Shown one piece after another: positions 8,449 to 18,722 of a stretch of DNA of 64,000 bases. Each line of letters starts with the position of its first letter. Within the stretch, counting starts at the first letter, position 1. The stretch is taken from the NCBI GenBank assembly GCA_963701855.1, contig CAVPBK010000006.1, forward strand, positions 288,001 to 352,000. Reading direction: 5' to 3'. Made by a program: the position numbers and the translations under genes. A model generated the notes under the pieces. It did no database searches and was not told where the DNA came from. It saw only the letters and a list, made by a program, of their open reading frames with translations. The DNA comes from Nitrospirota bacterium (lineage in GTDB: Bacteria; Nitrospirota; Nitrospiria; Nitrospirales; Nitrospiraceae).

Positions 8449-10194
8449 TCATGCAAGGCCGAACTTTCTGAGCGCCGTAAACCAAAGAACATCCAACGGG
8501 GGCCCCATCGCCAGCACGGACACGATCAGCAGCACCACCACCCCCGCTCCCGCCACGGCAACCCGGACTCGATGCCTGACCAATCGCTTGAAGTCGTCTT
8601 GATTAGGAAGATAGGGAATCACGGCCAGTGGAGGCAGTCCCGCAAGCCTGCTTAGATGTTCGCCGCCGCGAATCGACTGATTGAGGTGCTCCAGCACCGC
8701 GCCGCTTCCGATTCCTCCCGCAATGGCGAGAATCAGACCGAGAAACATAATGACGGGGCGATTGGGTTTCTCCGGCTTCTCCGGAAGCTCCGGTGGATCG
8801 ATGAGAGAAAACCGTTCACCTTTATGCTGAACTTCCAACTCTTTCGACACCTCCGCTTCCAAGAGGCGGGATACGATCTCCTGGTGCTTTCGAACCGATC
8901 CTTCACGATTCCGGCTGAGATCCAGGTATGCAGGTTCAAGTTCGATCGTCCGTTCGAGCCGGCTGGCATAGGTATCGACACGGCGTTTAATGCCTTCGCG
9001 GGATTTTCGAGTCGATTGGAGCGAGGCCGTCACCGAGGAGAGTTGTGAGCGAATATTGATATAAGCGGGATTTTCCGGCTTGACAGCGGCGGTCTGGATC
9101 CCGGCCGCCACGACACGCTGCAGTTCCTGTTCAAGCGAGGCAATGATCTGGCGTGATCGGATCACATCGGGATGTTCATCGCCATATCTATCGACGAGAC
9201 TCGCCAGACGGGCCTGTTCTCCGCTCAGCTTCTTGTGCAATTCTTCGGGCGTAGCGTGCTGGCCGGTTTCTCGTTCCAACGCGGCAATCTCTTGCTGCAT
9301 CTTGAGCACGTCTGGATGTTCAGACGACAAATACCCGACCGCGCTGGCATACTGGGCCCGAAGAGCTTTCAGCCGTTCAGCCGAATCGAGAATGCGCTCC
9401 CCGCTCGCCGAGATCATCGGCGTGTGTGGCTTCAGCGTAGCCAGTTCCCCTTCCAGGTACGTTTTCTTTTCCTCGAACGAGCGGATTTCGCGGTCGGCAT
9501 CCTGGAGTTCACGTTCGGCCTGATTGAGCATCGTCATGTTGAGCGAGGTCAGCTCCGGCAGGGCTCCGTCCGCCTTCTGCTTGACCGCAGCAAGTTGAGA
9601 CTCCAGCGTGCCGATATGTTGAGCGAGCTGTTCAGATTCCTTTTTCAAAAAGGCAGTTGTTTCATTGGCATGTCGCTCGCGCGACTTGAGATTTTCCCCC
9701 AGAAACAGACTCGTGAGTTCATTGGCCACCTTCTGCGTAATGCCAGGACTCTCTCCCTCGTACGTCAGCGTGAAGGCGATCGTCGCCTGCGACGGGCTTT
9801 GCGACCGTTTGTCGATGACTTTGGCATTGATCACATCCACACGAATGTCCTTCGTAAAACGTTCCAGCACTTCTTCCGTGGGACTATTTCGGCGCAGACT
9901 CGAATAGAGCCCGTATTGTTCGATGATCCCCCAGAGGGTCGACCGCGTCATGACCTGCTGCTTGATTGTCTCGATCCGTTGATCGGCATAGCTGGTGATC
10001 GCGGACCGGACGATGTCGGAGGGGATCTCCTGTTCCTCGATCAGGATAGTGGCAGTCGAGCGATACACGGCAGGCAGGAGCAGGGCAACCGCAACACCGG
10101 TGAGAAAAATCATGCCAGCAGCCAGTGCGATGGACCCTTTCCGTCGACGAGCGATGCTCCAGATTGCCTGCAATTTCACTGGTGTGTGTTCCAT
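8449..10194 (-). CDS. Polysaccharide co-polymerase / chain-length determinant (GumC/Wzz type)
   Basis: N-terminal TM, LPAVYRSTATILIE, coiled coil with HPDV motifs, FSLIDPPELPEKPEKPNR, C-terminal TMs. Confidence 0.9.
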   Translation of the reverse strand: MEHTPVKLQAIWSIARRRKGSIALAAGMIFLTGVAVALLLPAVYRSTATILIEEQEIPSDIVRSAITSYADQRIETIKQQVMTRSTLWGIIEQYGLYSSLRRNSPTEEVLERFTKDIRVDVINAKVIDKRSQSPSQATIAFTLTYEGESPGITQKVANELTSLFLGENLKSRERHANETTAFLKKESEQLAQHIGTLESQLAAVKQKADGALPELTSLNMTMLNQAERELQDADREIRSFEEKKTYLEGELATLKPHTPMISASGERILDSAERLKALRAQYASAVGYLSSEHPDVLKMQQEIAALERETGQHATPEELHKKLSGEQARLASLVDRYGDEHPDVIRSRQIIASLEQELQRVVAAGIQTAAVKPENPAYINIRSQLSSVTASLQSTRKSREGIKRRVDTYASRLERTIELEPAYLDLSRNREGSVRKHQEIVSRLLEAEVSKELEVQHKGERFSLIDPPELPEKPEKPNRPVIMFLGLILAIAGGIGSGAVLEHLNQSIRGGEHLSRLAGLPPLAVIPYLPNQDDFKRLVRHRVRVAVAGAGVVVLLIVSVLAMGPPLDVLWFTALRKFGLA

Positions 10195-10239
10195 GATCCT
10201 CTCTGCTTCACGCAGTCTCAAAATTGAACTCGCCGTCCT

Positions 10240-11430
10240 TCACCAGCCCACCGAGAACTTGGCCGGTGTGTAGGTGATGGCCACCGACACGATATTCGCC
10301 ATGGCTGTGACGCTGAGGGAATTGACATCGCGCTGCGAATAGGTGTACCAGGCTTCCGCTCCCCACCAGTCATTAATCTTCCACGAGAATCTTGGTTCAA
10401 CCGAAAAGTATCGTTGCTTGGGGAATGATGTCACGGATCCGACCGTGGCGGTTGAAGAAGAGGCAATTGCTTGACCGGTAAACGATGCGCTGAGGTTCTC
10501 CGTCAGTTTCTGCTCGATTGTCATGCCGATTCTATCCGTCTCGAGCAACAACCCGAAACCGCTGGGATTGATTTGACGGCTTGCGTCCAAGGTCACCGTC
10601 GTGCGTTCCAGCTGCTTTTGAATGGTGGCATTGCCCACCCACACCCATGAGTGATCACTACGGTCTTGGGGACCGGATTGCACGACATTGTTAATATAAC
10701 GTGGCCCCGCCTCCAGTTTCACACTGAAGGTCTCGGAGAATTCGTGATTCAGGGAAGCCGAAGCTCCGAAAATTTTTGATTCAAGATTCCTCTGCGGCGC
10801 TTGATAAAGAGTCGCTATTCCCATGAGTTTGACCTGACTCTTCTCTGCGATCTGATAGGAGATTCCTGCGTTTCCCCCGTTCGTCTGATAGTCCACCAAC
10901 CCGAGACTGAGCCCGTTTTCATAAGTCGCGTCCGCGAACTGGTATCCCGCGGTGAGGGCAGCCCGTTCGGTCAGATTGTGCGTCCAGGAGGGCGACGCGG
11001 TCCACAAATTGCGTTGTGTGAAAGCCAAGACCACCCCCGTCTTTTGCAGTTCCCCCATCAAGGTATTGTCACGTGTGAGCCCACCGTCGACATTCCAGAT
11101 ATCCCGTTCACCTCGATACTTCACTGAGAGCGGGAAATAGAAATTCGTGAACGAACTGTCCTGCCCTCCGTAATAATGCACGAAATCAGCTGCCGTGCGG
11201 CCACTGATCTCCAGATTCTCCGTCGAGCCTGTGAATGTCATCCCCGGAGAAAGCCAGCTTCCCCATACCGCTTTTTGCGACCCCTCAGCCAGTAACAGAT
11301 TGCTGTTGTAGTTTCCCCTCGCGGTCACGGTGGGTACTGCCGACCATTCCGCAGCGTCGGCTCCTCTAGCGGTCATGAAGAACAAACATCCCACGATCAC
11401 CCCTGCGAGAAGAACCTGTCGTCGTGTCAT
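10240..11430 (-). CDS. Outer-membrane beta-barrel protein of the EPS export locus
   Basis: Signal peptide (ADA-AEW), alternating beta-strand pattern, terminal aromatic W; lies between wza and the co-polymerase. Confidence 0.8.
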   Translation of the reverse strand: MTRRQVLLAGVIVGCLFFMTARGADAAEWSAVPTVTARGNYNSNLLLAEGSQKAVWGSWLSPGMTFTGSTENLEISGRTAADFVHYYGGQDSSFTNFYFPLSVKYRGERDIWNVDGGLTRDNTLMGELQKTGVVLAFTQRNLWTASPSWTHNLTERAALTAGYQFADATYENGLSLGLVDYQTNGGNAGISYQIAEKSQVKLMGIATLYQAPQRNLESKIFGASASLNHEFSETFSVKLEAGPRYINNVVQSGPQDRSDHSWVWVGNATIQKQLERTTVTLDASRQINPSGFGLLLETDRIGMTIEQKLTENLSASFTGQAIASSSTATVGSVTSFPKQRYFSVEPRFSWKINDWWGAEAWYTYSQRDVNSLSVTAMANIVSVAITYTPAKFSVGW

Positions 11431-11484
11431 CTGGAGTCCCTGATCTCATCCTCCGCCCCGCGGAAGAATGATCCCTTAATTCAA

Positions 11485-12105
11485 TCAGGGAACCACCACC
11501 ACGTCGCCGCGTTCCAGTATGATATTCTGGTCCAATTCTTTTCCCTTGCGGACATCCCCGTAACGAAATTGAAACACCAATTGTTCTCCGCGAATCCGCC
11601 GCATGATACGGATGTCGTTTTCCGACGCGTACGGAGTCAGCCCGCCGGCCAAACTCAAGGCTTGGAGCACATCGGTATAATGGCCGACCAAAAATTCGCC
11701 CGGCTTGTTGACCCGTCCGATCACATAGATCTTGTTGCTCAAAATCTTTGTGGCCAGGACCGAGACATGCGGGTTCGGCACGAATTTGTTGAGGCGTTTG
11801 ACCAATTCAAGCCGCACGTCTTCAATCGTCCTTCCGGCGGCAGGAATGTCGCCGACGAGCGGAAACGAGATCATGCCGTCCGGCCTCACGACCACTTCCT
11901 GTGTCAGGTGTTCATCCTTCCAAACAGAGATCTTGACCATGTCTTCAGGACCAAGCAGATAGGACCCTTCCGCGACAACCGGCAGCGGCTCACCACCGCT
12001 TGGTAGCGCGGCGGCGACAGTGTGCGTGCCCAACAGAAGCACACACATCAGCAAGAATCCGCCGAGCCGACAAAAACCAAGGCCTGTGGTACCGGTCAAT
12101 CTCAT
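11485..12105 (-). CDS. wza: Polysaccharide export protein (Poly_export plus SLBB)
   Basis: YLLGPEDMVKISVW, VRPDGMISFPLVG, VIGRVNKPG, ALSLAGGLT, LERGDVVVVP. Confidence 0.92.
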   Translation of the reverse strand: MRLTGTTGLGFCRLGGFLLMCVLLLGTHTVAAALPSGGEPLPVVAEGSYLLGPEDMVKISVWKDEHLTQEVVVRPDGMISFPLVGDIPAAGRTIEDVRLELVKRLNKFVPNPHVSVLATKILSNKIYVIGRVNKPGEFLVGHYTDVLQALSLAGGLTPYASENDIRIMRRIRGEQLVFQFRYGDVRKGKELDQNIILERGDVVVVP

Positions 12106-12108
12106 GAA

Positions 12109-14499
12109 TTATCCTTGTAACTGCGCCAGCACAGACTTGGCGTCATCGAGACCCTGGAAGGTCTTCTGCGAAGCCACGGCCTTTTGGAGATGAGCTTTTG
12201 CTTCTGTCGTATGCCCGGCCTTGAAATGCGCGATGCCCAGATGATAGTTCAGCACGGGATGGTCAGGCGCTTTTGCCGCCGCTTGTTGCATGAACCGAAG
12301 CGCCTCATCCCGATGGCCCAACTTGAGATGGACCCATCCGAGGGTATCGAGAAAGTAGGGATTCGGCGCCGATGTCTCAAACTCTTTCGTGAGCAACAGC
12401 GCGCGTTCCAGACTTTTTTGATCGCCCTTTTGGTCGACCAGCAAGGACGCCAAGTTGTTCGCAGCGACGAGGGCTCGGGGATCGAGACGTAACAGCGCAT
12501 CGTATTCTCGAATTGCCCCGTCGACGTTTCCGGCTTCGCTGAACGTCGTCGCCAGTAGCAGGCGCAATTCCTGACTTTTTGGATTCTGTTGGACCCCCTT
12601 CTCGAGTACCTCCCGTGCCTCGTCTCCTCTTTTCTGAGACAGTTTGAGCGTAGCCAGGTGCATCCAGGGCATCGGCCAGTCCGGTTTGATCCTGGTCGCT
12701 TCTGTAAACCGGCTCTCGGCTCCGACCTGGTCCCCACCGAGGAGCAATAGTTCCCCGAGGAGTCCGGTTGCATAGGGGTGAGCCGGATTGCGCGCGAGCA
12801 TCTGTTCCAATCGCTCCTTGGCTTGGGCGGTTTTTCCCTGCTTGATGTCGAGCTGCACCAGAGCAACCAACGGCTCCGGCGCATCTGGGTGACTGACGAG
12901 CACCCGTTCATAGGCACTCCGTGCTCGGTCCCACTCCTGCCTCGCTTGAGAAAGACGCGCTTCCGTCAGATCGGCCACCGAGCTGTCCACTCCCGCCGAA
13001 CGGGCGCGCGATAAGGTTTGATCTGTGGCAGCCCAATCCCGTTCCGCCGCCTGAAGATTCAGCAGCACGCTCAAAGCTTGCAGGTTGTTCGGGTCGAGCT
13101 TGAGCAGCGTATCGAGACGCACGCGGGCCTCCTTGAATTTGCCGGACGACGTGTCGAGCGCGGCCAGCGTCATATGGGCCTCGACCATTCGGGGATTTAG
13201 GAGGGCGGCTTTTTCGAGACTTTCTCGTGCCAGATCCGTATCACCCGTCATCAGATAGGCGCGGCCGATCAACGCATGGACTTCCGCCAACTCCGGCTGA
13301 TCCTTCAGCACCGTGCGGAAGGCCTGGATCGCGTCCTTTCCGTTCCCTCGCTGCAACGCAATCTTGCCCTGCAACAATAAGGCTTCGGACGACCGAGGAT
13401 TTTCCTTCAGCACTTCAGACAGCTGTTGCTCGGCCGCTTCCTGTTTGCCTGCAGACCAATCGAGCGCAGCCAGTTTGACAGCGGCGTCCAGCGCGGCGGG
13501 TTTGGCGCGATGCGCGGCCCGAACCTGCTCGTAGACGGCCCTCGCCTTCTCCGGCTGCCTGTTCAGCTCGTATAACTCGCCCAGTGCGAACTGAATGGCC
13601 GTCGACCGTGGCAAGGCGCGCGTCGCATCCAACAGTGCCGCTTCCCCTTGCAAGACGCCGCGTCGCGATAGCTGGAATTTGGCGAATCCCAAATAACGTT
13701 GTTCGTTATCCGGGTCGAGCCGGATCACCTCGCGCAGGATACTTTCAGCCTTGTCATATTCACGCCGCTCATCATAGAAACCGGCCAGACGCAATCGGTG
13801 ATCGAACATTTTTGGTTCCGCCGCCACGATCTTTTTCAAGATTTCCTCGGCCCGTTCAAACTGATCCAACCTGAGCAAGGCCGAGACGAAGGAGTCCAAC
13901 AGCACAAGGTTGCCGGGATTGGCGTCAAGGGCGCGTCGCATGACCGGCTCGACTTCACCACGCCGGCCTTGAGCCAGATACAGTGTCGCCAGGATCGTTG
14001 CAGCATCGGGATCGGTTGGATGCTTCGCGCCCAGCGCCTCGGCGGCGAGTGTCGCCTCGCTCAAATTCCCATTGACTGCCTGAACGGCGATGCGAAGGCT
14101 TTCAGCCTCGACCTGTCCGGGCGATTTCTCCAGGACCTTGCCCGTCATTTCCAACACTTTATCCATCGCGCGGGCCTCGAGATAAAACTTGGCAAGTTTG
14201 ATCAATGCCCGCTCATGGTCGGGTTTCAACTCTACCGTTCGCTGATAATTCGCAAAAGCATTTCGCCAATTCTTTTCTTTTTCTTCGATCTCGGCGAAGA
14301 CAAAATACGGTTCAGGATCCTTCGGGTCGATCTTAAGGACGTTCCGGATGGCCACTCGAGCCTTCGGGAAATTCCCTTCTTGAATGTAGTCCTGAGCCTG
14401 GGCCAGATATTTGGCTTTTTTCTCTTCAGGAGTGCCGCATCCGATGACGGCGAACAACAATACAAGGACGACGGCTGAGGTGAATGAATGGGCACGCAT
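12109..14499 (-). CDS. prsT: TPR-repeat lipoprotein of PEP-CTERM systems (PrsT-like)
   Basis: Lipobox VIGC, many TPR repeats, C-terminal NNLA...DTLGWV...YHLG. Confidence 0.8.
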   Translation of the reverse strand: MRAHSFTSAVVLVLLFAVIGCGTPEEKKAKYLAQAQDYIQEGNFPKARVAIRNVLKIDPKDPEPYFVFAEIEEKEKNWRNAFANYQRTVELKPDHERALIKLAKFYLEARAMDKVLEMTGKVLEKSPGQVEAESLRIAVQAVNGNLSEATLAAEALGAKHPTDPDAATILATLYLAQGRRGEVEPVMRRALDANPGNLVLLDSFVSALLRLDQFERAEEILKKIVAAEPKMFDHRLRLAGFYDERREYDKAESILREVIRLDPDNEQRYLGFAKFQLSRRGVLQGEAALLDATRALPRSTAIQFALGELYELNRQPEKARAVYEQVRAAHRAKPAALDAAVKLAALDWSAGKQEAAEQQLSEVLKENPRSSEALLLQGKIALQRGNGKDAIQAFRTVLKDQPELAEVHALIGRAYLMTGDTDLARESLEKAALLNPRMVEAHMTLAALDTSSGKFKEARVRLDTLLKLDPNNLQALSVLLNLQAAERDWAATDQTLSRARSAGVDSSVADLTEARLSQARQEWDRARSAYERVLVSHPDAPEPLVALVQLDIKQGKTAQAKERLEQMLARNPAHPYATGLLGELLLLGGDQVGAESRFTEATRIKPDWPMPWMHLATLKLSQKRGDEAREVLEKGVQQNPKSQELRLLLATTFSEAGNVDGAIREYDALLRLDPRALVAANNLASLLVDQKGDQKSLERALLLTKEFETSAPNPYFLDTLGWVHLKLGHRDEALRFMQQAAAKAPDHPVLNYHLGIAHFKAGHTTEAKAHLQKAVASQKTFQGLDDAKSVLAQLQG

Positions 14500-14531
14500 A
14501 AACGTTCTCCTTTTCGACTCGATGGTGAGTC

Positions 14532-16150
14532 TCACCACCAAGCGCGGAACCCAAGCCCCAGTAAGACCCATAGCGACACGAACTCGAATGGCTTCAGCCG
14601 TTCGGCAAAGGTGTGCAGGAGCAATTCAAACGCAAAAAACATGACGATCAGCTTTGCGGTCAGAAGACTAATGTTAATCTCCTCGACCCGTATCTCCGGA
14701 AGGAACGGAATCGCAAATGCCATAAAGATGATCAGGTAGTCCAACGGTGTTATCTGAAATCGCTTTTCCAGCCCGAACCGGATCGTCAACATGATGAGGA
14801 TCGCCAAGCAGAGGAAAAACACATTCAAGGGCGTATGGAAGCTCCATTGCTGTGGCAGACATCCCTTGATCGCTGAAGTACAAGACAAACGTGCTCCCCA
14901 CATACAGCCCGACCCGTATGAACCAGGGTGCAGCAGAAGGAAAGATCCATATCCCCATCGGGAGAAGAAGGAACAGCAGAAGAGCGACGCCGCCCACGTC
15001 GAGCGGCACATGGGAAGGCAGGAACACGCTGCCGAGGAGAAATACTGTGACTATACAGGCGAGTGCATAAATGGGAAGCGTCGAGAACCACCCGGCGCCG
15101 GCCTCCGGAATCGCCGGCGGGCCCGTGGGACGGCGTTGGGGAAAGAGCCGGTCGAGGCGTATGACAAATAAGGTAAAAATGGCGCATGCGAAGAATGCGT
15201 AGATCGCCAGCACCATGGTGTCCGATTCCCACCGCAACAGAAAGGCGAGACTGACGAGCATAGCCTGAAGCCCATAAATCGCCATAACCGCTTCACGATG
15301 CGACAGTCCCAACCCTAACAGTTTGTGGTGCACGTGGTTTTTGTCCGCCACGAACGGGGAGCGCCGTTCCACCAATCGCTGGATCATCACACCGGCCGTA
15401 TCCAGGATCGGGAGCCCCCAGATGAAACCGATGAGCGCAGGACTGTACGGTCCGCGCGCCGGATCGGTGAGCACGATGGCACAAAGGCCCAGATAGAACC
15501 CAAGGAACTGACTCCCCGCGTCCCCCATGAAGATACTCGCCGGGTAGGTGTTGAACCGGAGGAATCCCAAGAGTCCGCCCATGATCGCGACCATCATGCT
15601 CATCACGACCCAGTCGCCGGCCAGATAGGCAAGGAAGGCCATCCCTCCAAAACTCAGCAGAGACAATCCGCCCGCCAATCCATCTAACCCATCGGCAAGA
15701 TTCAGGGCATTGGTCACGGCCACGAGCAGGACGCAGGGTCACCGGCACCGCAATCCACAGAGGCAGTGGCGTCTCGCCCATAAAGGGCAATGAGGAGAGA
15801 TGCACACCCCCGAGCCAGACGACAACGGAAGCGGCGAGCAGTTGTCCCAGGAACTTGGCTTTATATCCGAGTCCGACTCGATCGTCCCATGCACCGAACA
15901 ATAAAATGACGGCGCCGCCGATCAGACCCGACGTGATGATCGGATCCTTCGGCGCCCACAGCAACATCGAAACAAATGTTCCCGCCGCGAATGCAATCCC
16001 GCCGACCTTGGCCATCGGCATATGATGGACTTTCCGGTCGCTCGGAAGATCGAGAAACTGCAGACGGCCAGCTGTCGCCATCAGGACAGGAATGAGCGCC
16101 ATACAGATGACGAGAGACCCGAGGAAACTGAAAAATAGAGGACTTGACAT
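14532..16150 (-). pseudogene. wecA: WecA/MraY-family (glycosyltransferase 4) undecaprenyl-P GlcNAc-1-P transferase, split by two frameshifts (real or sequencing error)
   Basis: Three overlapping frames: RKVHHMP..GG..GAWDD (15293-16165), NALNLADGLDGLAGG..FMGDAGS..HVHHKL (14674-15723) and a C-terminal TM segment (14532-15011). Shifts near 15735 and about 14850. Confidence 0.8.
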
Positions 16151-16183
16151 AAGTTCCCGACGCACTCAAAAGATCGTCACGAC

Positions 16184-16323
16184 TCAGGTGTTCAGGCTGA
16201 AGGCTGAAGTATTCGGAACTTCGAACCGCCTGTCAGACACGTCTTGCTTGTCGCACTCACGCTTCACGCCCTTTTCGATTTCTATGACCTTACCCCCTAT
16301 AAACCTTCAGCCTGTCTACCTGA
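16184..16323. repeat. GGCTGAAG-family inverted tandem-repeat element with a TTCGGAACTTCGA core
   Basis: TCAGGTGTTCAGGCTGAAGGCTGAAG ... CCTTCAGCCTGTCTACCTGA. Confidence 0.7.
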
Positions 16324-16345
16324 GTAGTGACAAACGACCGAAAGA

Positions 16346-17992
16346 TCAATCAGGAACAAACCGGCTCATCAGGGGATTGACCGATTGGGTGAAATCGGCC
16401 AGTACCCTGTCGGCTTCTTCTTCGTCATGCCCCGGCTGGACCGAAGCCGTTAATCGAATCAAGGCGCCGTCCGTCCGTTGCTTCGCCAGGGCATCCCAGA
16501 AGAGAAAGAACTTCACGAGATACTCATTTGCCAGCGCCCGATCCCGTTGCTTAAACCAGTAGTAGACAATTTGCTTCATGTCTGCCTTTTGAATGACCAA
16601 TCGATTGACGCGCAAGGACATCGTTACGGCATCGTTCGCCGGCACCTCCATCGTCCGCAAGGAGGTAATCTCCCATCCACCGCCAGGAATGCAGGTTCGC
16701 GGTGAATGGGCCGACTGCCCTTTGCGCTGCGAGCCATAATAGGCCACATAGAAGTTCACAGGAGCACCTTCAGCCGCGTGATAATCAGCCAGCAAATAGT
16801 CGTCAAATCGCAAGGCTTCGATATATTCCTTTTCCAACGGAAACGTGCTTCCCTGCCATTGTTGAACCTGCATGGGAAAACTGAGGAGAGCCTGCCGCGC
16901 CGGCACGATTTCATCACGAGAGATGATGTACGGCGACGCGACGGCGAGGCACACCAACAGACCCACCGAACAGAAGAACGGCGCCGGCAACGTTCCGGCA
17001 GGAGAAGATGATCGAACCACGCCAGGCTGGGAGACAGTGTCGGAATCGGACGGCAGACGCAGCAGATCGGAAAACGATTGTCGCTCACTGCCGGATCCTA
17101 TTCTCGAAAGTCCCCACATTACGAGGGCAAGAATGGCCAGACTCATGAGGAAGATAACCCACCCTTCGAAGAGGTGGAGAAATCCATCGGCAGCTCCTGC
17201 CCCGAAGTACTCGACCAGCACTCCGATGACGCCGATGCGGAAGCCGTTCAAAACGATCGCTATCGGCATGCTGGACAAAAACACCACGGCACGCTTCCAC
17301 ATCGGCCCCTGGAACAAGTAGGCGCAAAGCAGCGCCAGCGACATCAGAGGGAATAGGTATCGCAGGCCGCTGCAGGCCTCCACGACTTGCAATTGGATCG
17401 GGCCGAGATCGATCACGTTCCCCTCACGGAACGCCGTGACGCCGATGACTTGCAGGCACCCAACCCCCAACGCGGACGAAATCAACTGCAATTGGCCGGA
17501 GAGCCCTTGCAAGAGGAATTGTGGCAGTGGAATCATGGTGAGGAGGTACAGCAGAGGAAAACTCAGCTCCCGAAGGATTTTCCCTCCGAGGGCGGCCCAG
17601 CAAAGGCCCACCACAACAAGCCAGAACGACAGCTGCAGGAGAGGGGCAAGGGTGCCCAGTTCACCCATAACGTATAATGCGAGACCCGCCAGAATGAGCG
17701 ACAGGCCCCACCAGGATCCCTGTGACTCAAGCGCCCGGATCTTGGCTCGCTTCATCCAGATCAAGAACAGCGAGATGACGGGCACAAAGAACCCATGACC
17801 ATAATTTTCATCATCCACCCACACGCTGACCATGACCGCGAGTGCGTCGTAATAAATCACTCCCAACAGCGCGGCGCAGAGAACCCCACCCACCCACCAG
17901 TTTCTGTGCCACCAGCCGGACGCGATCGACGGCGTGTCGCCAACCAGCGGCGAGCCGACTTTCGGAGCCATATCGATTCGGGAAAAGTTCAT
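16346..17992 (-). CDS. xrtD: Exosortase fused to an EpsI domain, probably VPLPA-CTERM-specific exosortase D
   Basis: YGHGFFVP, EGNVIDLG, VVEACSGLRYLFPL (catalytic Cys), NGFRI, HLFEGW; EpsI part with HSPRTCIPGGGW and RTDGALIR. ATGA overlap with the upstream stop. VPLPA-type substrates occur in the window. Confidence 0.88.
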   Translation of the reverse strand: MNFSRIDMAPKVGSPLVGDTPSIASGWWHRNWWVGGVLCAALLGVIYYDALAVMVSVWVDDENYGHGFFVPVISLFLIWMKRAKIRALESQGSWWGLSLILAGLALYVMGELGTLAPLLQLSFWLVVVGLCWAALGGKILRELSFPLLYLLTMIPLPQFLLQGLSGQLQLISSALGVGCLQVIGVTAFREGNVIDLGPIQLQVVEACSGLRYLFPLMSLALLCAYLFQGPMWKRAVVFLSSMPIAIVLNGFRIGVIGVLVEYFGAGAADGFLHLFEGWVIFLMSLAILALVMWGLSRIGSGSERQSFSDLLRLPSDSDTVSQPGVVRSSSPAGTLPAPFFCSVGLLVCLAVASPYIISRDEIVPARQALLSFPMQVQQWQGSTFPLEKEYIEALRFDDYLLADYHAAEGAPVNFYVAYYGSQRKGQSAHSPRTCIPGGGWEITSLRTMEVPANDAVTMSLRVNRLVIQKADMKQIVYYWFKQRDRALANEYLVKFFLFWDALAKQRTDGALIRLTASVQPGHDEEEADRVLADFTQSVNPLMSRFVPD

Positions 17993-18722
17993 CCCATGAC
18001 TCGTTGTTTCAATATGTGAAACGCGAACCGCGGCAAGGCTGTTTGACGATGGAGGCGCTGGGGGTTGGTCACCAGCCGGTAGAACCACTCGAGGTGCACG
18101 GCTCGAAATGCAGCGGGAGCCCTCCGTACACGCCCGGCAATGACATCGAACGTGCCGCCGACGCCCTGGCATATCTTGACGTTCAACTGCGGCAGATACC
18201 GGTCGATCCAGTCTTCCTGTTTGGGACTGCCGAGTGCGACAAACAGAATATCGGCCTGCGACAAATTGATCTTGTCGATCAGATCCGGCATGTCTCCGTC
18301 CTTCAGAAAACCGTGCTGCGTGCCGGCGACCGTCAAACCCCTGTAGCGTTTCCGCAAGACTTGCGCGGCGCGCTCGTTGACATCAGGGGCGGCGCCGAAC
18401 AGGAACACACGGCGTCCGGTTTGCCCCGCCAGTTCGCAGAGTCGTGGCATCAACTCCGATCCGGGGACCCGCTGAAACGTCCCAATCCGAGAATCCGGGC
18501 GGCGATGACGACACCGATTCCGTCCGGAATAAGAACCCCCGCCCGCCTCAATTGATCTCGCAGGCGAACGTCATAGCGCGCCCGCATGACTTTTTCAGGA
18601 TTGACCGCCACGATACTATGGGCCACATTCCCAGCGAGCACCGAGGCGGCGAGATCGACCGTTCGATCCATGGTCAAACAATCGACTGGCACGCCGAGAA
18701 TCTCAATGCGTCTGGGTTCCAT
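17989..18722 (-). pseudogene. WecB/TagA/CpsF-family glycosyltransferase with one frameshift (probably a sequencing error)
   Basis: N-part VNPEKV..IPDGIGVV (18450-18722); C-part FLFGA..GTQHGF..ALGSPKQE..GVGGTFD..LEWFYR (17989-18453). One extra A in the AAA at about 18475 restores RFQRVPGSELM. Confidence 0.85.

Noticed and set aside
9172..10227. Long antisense ORFs such as 9172-10227, 13699-14478, 51521-52369 and 54545-55528
   Set aside because: Shadow frames opposite well-supported genes in GC-rich DNA; no recognisable motifs.
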